From Escherichia phage phT4A: a DNA stretch of 64,000 nucleotides. Shown here piece after piece: positions 59,173 through 64,000 of this stretch. The first letter of the stretch is position 1, and each line of letters begins with the position of its first letter. The stretch lies in sequence record NC_055712.1; one strand, given 5' to 3'. A program made the position numbers and the translations under genes. A model generated the notes under the pieces. The model ran no database searches. It had not been told where the DNA came from and worked only from the letters and a program-made list of their open reading frames with translations.

Positions 59173-59658
59173 ATGCTTACTGATATTGTACGCGCCTTTG
59201 AATCCGGTGATTTCGCACGTCCGAACCTGTTCGAAGTAGAGATCCCGTACCTGGGCAAAAACTTTAAATTAAAATGTAAAGCCGCTACTATGCCAGCGTC
59301 TACCGTTGAAAAAGTTCCGGTAGGTTACATGAACCGCAAAATTAACGTTGCTGGTGACCGTACCTATGATGACTGGACAATCACGGTATATAACGACGAT
59401 GCACACACAACCCGTGATGCAATCGTAGCATGGTCAAACATGCTGCATGGTATGGGTGAAGACATTACAGGGGATATCCCTGCAAACTACAAAAAAACCG
59501 CTACGGTTAAACAAAAAAACCGTAACGACGAAGTAACCGCCGAACATACCATTTATGGCCTGTTCCCGACCAACGTTGGTGAGGTTACTTTAGACTGGGA
59601 TAGCAACAACGAAGTGAGCACTTTTGAGTGTACTTTCGCGCTAGACTGGTGGGTTTAA
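59173..59658 (+). CDS. 19: tail tube protein gp19
   Basis: 161 aa; YGLFPTNVGEVTLDWDS. Confidence 0.9.
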   Translation: MLTDIVRAFESGDFARPNLFEVEIPYLGKNFKLKCKAATMPASTVEKVPVGYMNRKINVAGDRTYDDWTITVYNDDAHTTRDAIVAWSNMLHGMGEDITGDIPANYKKTATVKQKNRNDEVTAEHTIYGLFPTNVGEVTLDWDSNNEVSTFECTFALDWWV

Positions 59659-59662
59659 ACGC

Positions 59663-59670
59663 TATAAATA
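59663..59670 (+). promoter_or_regulatory. late promoter TATAAATA
   Basis: exact motif upstream of gp20, followed by hairpin AGGGGTAGCAATACCCCT. Confidence 0.6.
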
Positions 59671-59713
59671 TAGGGGTAGCAATACCCCTTATCATTATTT
59701 TTCGGAGTTGTAA

Positions 59714-61288
59714 ATGAACTTTTTTGGATTAGACAATGTGTTAGGGTTTTTCAAAAATTTCGCCAAACAGGATGAAATGGAATTTGAAGCCCAATTAAAA
59801 GATGATACAGGTTCGATTGCGCCTCCGAAAAATAACGACGGGGCGCACGAAATCGAAACGGACTTATCAAACCAGCGTTATTCTTCTGTGTTCCAACAGT
59901 TCTATTCCGGACAGGATCCGCGAATTCAGAACAAAACACAGCTAATAAATACATACCGTGGCATCATGACATACCCGGAAGTGGAAAACGCTGTTTCTGA
60001 AATCATTAACGAAGCGATTGTTAATGAACAAGGAAAAGATATTGTTACGATGGATCTTACTAAAACGAATTTTAGTAAAAATATCCAAGATAAGATCATG
60101 GAAGAACTCGATACCGTAATGAATATTCACGATTTCGATAACCGAGGCTCTCGTTTATTCCGTGATTGGTATGTTGATTCGCGTATCTATTTCCATAAAA
60201 TCATGCACAAAAATGAAGCTGACGGCATCAAAGAATTGCGCCAGTTAGATCCCCGTTGCATGGAACTGATCCGAGAATCGGTTACAGAAACCCTACCCGG
60301 TGGGGTTAAAATTTTCCGTGGCTATCGTGAATACTTCGTATACACCGCACCGAAAAACGGTTATAGCTACAACGGACAGATTTATAGTCACAATGACAAG
60401 GTAAAAATTCCTCGCTCTGCGATTGTTTACGCTCATAGCGGCCTTGAAGATTGCGACAACAACATTATAGGCTACCTGCACCGCGCGGTCAAGCCAGCTA
60501 ACCAGTTGCGTTTGCTGGAAGATGCTATGGTGATTTACCGTATTACCCGTGCGCCTGAACGTCGTGTGTTCTATATCGACGTAGGTCAGATGGGTGGCCC
60601 TAAAGCTACACAGTACGTAAATAACATTGCACAGGGCTTAAAAAACCGTGTTGTATATGACGCGAGCACTGGTAAAGTTAAGAATCAGCAAAATAACCTG
60701 TCAATGACAGAGGACTATTGGCTGATGCGTCGTGATGGTAAAGCAGTTACCGAAGTTTCAACGCTTCCTGGTGGCACTGCCTTCTCTGATATCGACGATG
60801 TTAAATGGTTTAACCGTAAGCTGTATGAAGCGTTGCGTATTCCGTTAAGCCGTATGCCTCGCGATGATGGCGGTATCCAGTTGGGTAACGATGGCGGTAT
60901 TACCCGCGACGAATTGAACTTTAGCAAATTTATTCGCGAATTGCAAATTCAATTCAACCCTGTTCTTGCGGATCCGTTAAAAACTAACTTGATCGCGAAG
61001 AAAATCATTACAGAAGATGAATGGGATGAAAACGTAAGTAAGATTGCTTTTGTATATCAGCAAGATTCTTACTATTCCGAAATCAAAGATATTGAGATTT
61101 TGGAACGCCGTTTAAACCTGATGGGCCAACTTGAAGGAGTGGTCGGCAAATATATCTCCCATAAATACGTAATGAAAGAAGTTCTCCGGATGTCTGATGA
61201 GGAAATTCAAAGCGAAGCCAAACAGATAGAAGAAGAATCAAAAGAAGAACGTTTTAAAAATCCAGAAGCGGAAGAGGAAAACTTTTGA
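59714..61288 (+). CDS. 20: portal vertex protein gp20
   Basis: 524 aa as in T4 gp20, synteny. Confidence 0.88.
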   Translation: MNFFGLDNVLGFFKNFAKQDEMEFEAQLKDDTGSIAPPKNNDGAHEIETDLSNQRYSSVFQQFYSGQDPRIQNKTQLINTYRGIMTYPEVENAVSEIINEAIVNEQGKDIVTMDLTKTNFSKNIQDKIMEELDTVMNIHDFDNRGSRLFRDWYVDSRIYFHKIMHKNEADGIKELRQLDPRCMELIRESVTETLPGGVKIFRGYREYFVYTAPKNGYSYNGQIYSHNDKVKIPRSAIVYAHSGLEDCDNNIIGYLHRAVKPANQLRLLEDAMVIYRITRAPERRVFYIDVGQMGGPKATQYVNNIAQGLKNRVVYDASTGKVKNQQNNLSMTEDYWLMRRDGKAVTEVSTLPGGTAFSDIDDVKWFNRKLYEALRIPLSRMPRDDGGIQLGNDGGITRDELNFSKFIRELQIQFNPVLADPLKTNLIAKKIITEDEWDENVSKIAFVYQQDSYYSEIKDIEILERRLNLMGQLEGVVGKYISHKYVMKEVLRMSDEEIQSEAKQIEEESKEERFKNPEAEEENF

Positions 61289-61531
61289 TGAAAGAATTTA
61301 TCGAAGCAATCAAAAGCGGTAATCTGGTGGAAGCTAAAAAAAACTTTTTACTCCATCATGGAAGACCGCAAAGAAGCGCTTCGTCACGAATTGCGCGTTG
61401 AACTTGCCGAAGCTGTACGCATCGAAGGCGAAGAAGACAAAGAAAAAGACGACGAAGGCGCTGATAAAGATGACGAAAATGGCGATAAAAAGCCAGCCGA
61501 GGATGATAAATCCGATAAAGATGATGAGTGA
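61288..61531 (+). CDS. 67: prohead core protein gp67, frame broken at A8 run 61336-61343
   Basis: MKEFIEAIKSGNLVEAKK then +1 shift into ...SIMEDRKEALRHE...acidic tail KDDE; resembles T4 gp67 MEGLIEAIKSNDLVAARK. Confidence 0.7.
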
Positions 61532-61539
61532 GGTGTGTA

Positions 61540-61944
61540 ATGCAACTTGACATCGAAATCACCGCCGAAGATCTCCAGGAACATTTAGACGAAGCGAAAG
61601 CCCGTGTAGATATTCTGGGTATCGATGAAGGCACGGTTAAAATCATCGAAAATTTGGCGGTCACCGAACCAAATTTAGCCCTTGCTATGATGGCGGTTGT
61701 TGAAGGTTTAACACTTGATGAGGTAATTGTCAAGCATGTTGATTCCCGTGGCAACGTAGAACGCCTCAAAGACAGGAAAACCCGTGAGCGTAATGCGTAT
61801 CAGACGACCGGATTAACTAAATCCCAACGTCGCCAGATCGCGCGTCGTGCTCTCAAAACAAAACGTGCTAACCCGTCAATTGCTACTCGCGCACAACGTA
61901 AGCGCAAGAAAGCATTGCGTAAACGTGCTGCACTGGGGCTATAA
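61540..61944 (+). CDS. 68: prohead core protein gp68
   Basis: ATG 61540 with GAGG RBS; 134 aa; position between 67 and 21. Confidence 0.75.
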   Translation: MQLDIEITAEDLQEHLDEAKARVDILGIDEGTVKIIENLAVTEPNLALAMMAVVEGLTLDEVIVKHVDSRGNVERLKDRKTRERNAYQTTGLTKSQRRQIARRALKTKRANPSIATRAQRKRKKALRKRAALGL

Positions 61945-61946
61945 AT

Positions 61947-62594
61947 ATGAATGAATCCCAAATCAACGAAAACGGCGATATGCTTTTAATCGAAGAATGG
62001 GGTTTACCTTGCGGTGACGTTTCAGAATCTATTTTAGAATCTGTTGGGGAATCAAAAGACGGTAAATTGCGGATCGAAGGTATTTTCCTTCAAGCCGAAA
62101 AGGTTAACCGTAACCGTCGTTTGTATCCTAAAAACGTACTTGAAGAAGCAGTTAACGATTATATTAGAACTCAAGTTAACACCCGTCAAGCATTAGGTGA
62201 AATGAATCACCCTCCGCGCCCGAATGTGGATCCGCGAAATGCTTGCATCCTGATTGAAAAATTGTGGTGGAAGGGTAACGATGTTTGGGGCCGCGCTGTT
62301 GTTGTTGAAGGCGACGGTGGTGATGGTGACAAACTGGCGGCGTTGATTCGTGCTGGTTGGGTTCCTGGTGTTTCTTCCCGTGGATTAGGTAAGCTCTCCG
62401 ATTCCGGCAAAGGCTACGGCGTTGTACAAAAGGGCTTTAAATTAGCTGTAGGCGTTGATGTCGTCTGGGGGCCAAGCGCACCTGATGCATATGTTAAGCC
62501 TATAGTGGAAAATCAGCAAAGCAAACCGCTTGTTGAGAATAATAGTGCTGATGACGCTTTTCGGGAATTGTCCGAGCGTTTGAAAGGTCTATAA
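61947..62594 (+). CDS. 21: prohead core scaffold protein and protease gp21
   Basis: MNESQ..., LYPKNVLEEAVNDY, GEMNHPPRPNVDP, GWVPGVSSRGLG colinear with T4 gp21. Confidence 0.93.
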   Translation: MNESQINENGDMLLIEEWGLPCGDVSESILESVGESKDGKLRIEGIFLQAEKVNRNRRLYPKNVLEEAVNDYIRTQVNTRQALGEMNHPPRPNVDPRNACILIEKLWWKGNDVWGRAVVVEGDGGDGDKLAALIRAGWVPGVSSRGLGKLSDSGKGYGVVQKGFKLAVGVDVVWGPSAPDAYVKPIVENQQSKPLVENNSADDAFRELSERLKGL

Positions 62595-62597
62595 ATA
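62590..62597 (+). promoter_or_regulatory. late promoter TATAAATA
   Basis: exact motif 30 nt upstream of gp22 ATG. Confidence 0.6.
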
Positions 62598-62626
62598 CAT
62601 TAAACAAAACAACAGGAAAATCAAAA

Positions 62627-63415
62627 ATGCTTAAAGAACAACTGCTGGCGGAAGCCCAGAACCTGGATACTCCGGTCGAGTTAGACAGCATTTTCGAATC
62701 AGTTGAACTTTCTGATGACGTGAAAGCGACATTCACCACTGTATTCGAACAAGCTGTAAAAGCTGGCGCGGCAAAACTCGCTGAATCCCACATTACCCAG
62801 ATCGCGGAACGTTCCGACGAACTGGTCGAAGCTCAGGTAACTGAACGTGCCGCTGAAATCGAAACTAAGCTGTACGAAGATGCTGATAAATATTTTGCGC
62901 ACATTTCCGAAGAATGGCTGAAAGAAAACAAAGAAGCCGTTTCCCGTGACATCAAAGCAGATCTGTTTGAATCCCTGATCATGGGCCTCAAAGAAGTTCT
63001 GGTTGAACATAACGTTGTCATTCCGGAAGAACAGGTTGATGTAGTCGCCGAACTGGAAGACGAACTGACTGAGAATCAGCAGGAAGTTAAAACCCTGTTT
63101 GAAGCAAATCAGGAACTGACCAAAGAAATTTCAGAAATGAAACGCAATGCAGTAGTTTCAGAGAAAACTAAAGGTTTGACCGAATCTCAGGTCGAAAAAG
63201 TAGAATCTCTGATTGAAGGGCTGGAATATTCCGCAACCTTCGAAAATAAACTCAGCGCAATTGTTGAAATGGTAGCAACCAAAGCTGAAAAACCCGTTGA
63301 CGAGTCTGTAAATACTCCGCAAACGAAAGATGACTTTGTTCCGGTAGTCGAAAGTGTTCCGGCAGAGAAATCCAAGATCAATAAATATGTACAAGCGGCA
63401 AAAGCCCTTTCTTAA
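62627..63415 (+). CDS. 22: prohead core scaffold protein gp22
   Basis: 262-aa acidic coiled-coil protein, synteny. Confidence 0.85.
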   Translation: MLKEQLLAEAQNLDTPVELDSIFESVELSDDVKATFTTVFEQAVKAGAAKLAESHITQIAERSDELVEAQVTERAAEIETKLYEDADKYFAHISEEWLKENKEAVSRDIKADLFESLIMGLKEVLVEHNVVIPEEQVDVVAELEDELTENQQEVKTLFEANQELTKEISEMKRNAVVSEKTKGLTESQVEKVESLIEGLEYSATFENKLSAIVEMVATKAEKPVDESVNTPQTKDDFVPVVESVPAEKSKINKYVQAAKALS

Positions 63416-63434
63416 TTTCAAAAGGTAAGAAACA

Positions 63435-64000
63435 ATGTCTAAGAAAAACGAATTGATGGAAAAATGGAACGATCTTCTGGAGTCTCAGGAAGGCTTACCG
63501 GATATCGCTACCAAATCCAAAAAACAACTGATTGCTGCCATTATGGAAGCACAGGAAAAAGACGCAGAAGTTGATCCGGTTTACCGCGACGAGAAAATCG
63601 TTGAATCCTTCGGTGGTTTCCTGGCGGAAGCTGAAATTGCTGGTGACCACGGTTACGACGCAACCAAAATCGCTTCTGGTAACTCAAGCGGTGCTATCAC
63701 CAACATCGGCCCTGCTGTAATCGGTATGGTTCGCCGTGCGATTCCTAACCTGATTGCGTTCGATATCTGCGGTGTTCAGCCTATGACTGGCCCTACTGGT
63801 CAGGTGTTCGCTCTCCGCGCAGTGTACGGCAAAGATCCGCTGGCTTCCGGTGCTAAAGAAGCATTCCATCCGATGTTCTCCCCGGATAGCATGTACTCCG
63901 GTCAGGGCGCGGCTCCGAGCAACGGCTTTAACGAACTGGCTTCCGGTACTGCTATCGCTGACGGCGCTATCGTGTTCCACGATTTCTCTGAAACTGGTCG
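63435..64000 (+). CDS. 23: major capsid protein gp23, N-terminal part (continues past window end)
   Basis: DEKIVESFGGFLAEAEIAGDHGYDATKIASG, IGPAVIGMVRRAIPNLIAFDICGVQPMTGPTGQVFALRAVYGKDP nearly identical to T4 gp23. Confidence 0.93.
   Translation, partial: MSKKNELMEKWNDLLESQEGLPDIATKSKKQLIAAIMEAQEKDAEVDPVYRDEKIVESFGGFLAEAEIAGDHGYDATKIASGNSSGAITNIGPAVIGMVRRAIPNLIAFDICGVQPMTGPTGQVFALRAVYGKDPLASGAKEAFHPMFSPDSMYSGQGAAPSNGFNELASGTAIADGAIVFHDFSETG

Noticed and set aside
61940-61947. TATAAATA box overlapping the gp21 start codon
   Set aside because: Its 3' end coincides with the ATG at 61947, so it cannot supply a leader for gp21; probably coincidental or only relevant to downstream transcription.

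Overview
This window reads as a fragment of a T4-like myophage genome. All calls come from reading the sequence and ORF translations and from recalled T4 protein families; no database search was run. Positions ~34.9-64.0 kb (+ strand) hold the late morphogenesis block in T4 order: gp53, gp5 (hub + lysozyme), an unknown ~540-aa ORF, gp6-gp12, fibritin (wac), gp13, a GIY-YIG endonuclease insert, gp14-gp20, gp67, gp68, gp21, gp22 and the start of gp23, with TATAAATA-type late promoters. Positions 1-34.9 kb are almost entirely minus-strand: gp4, gp2, gp3, gp1 (dNMP kinase), gp57A and a 57B/Acb1-like 2H phosphoesterase, then a hyperplastic early region of ~60 small ORFs separated by repeated promoter-stem-loop (PeSL-like) cassettes. 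That region encodes tk, PIN-PhoH, two Nudix hydrolases, an NMNAT, a macro domain, a DUF262 protein, an SPFH protein, a C5 cytosine methyltransferase, an M15 peptidase, several secreted proteins, two HNH-AP2 and two GIY-YIG homing endonucleases. The strongest novelty candidate is an internal-protein-like gene with a capsid-targeting-like N-terminus, driven by three tandem promoters and inserted between gp3 and gp2. Other candidates are a split NMNAT-Nudix (NatV-like) NAD+ salvage gene, a DUF262 two-gene module, an SPFH protein, a Cys-rich possible radical-SAM protein and an unknown large ORF between gp5 and gp6. Sequence quality is draft-level: two 100-N gaps, and three genes (wac, gp67, IP-like) are each broken by one extra A in an A-run.
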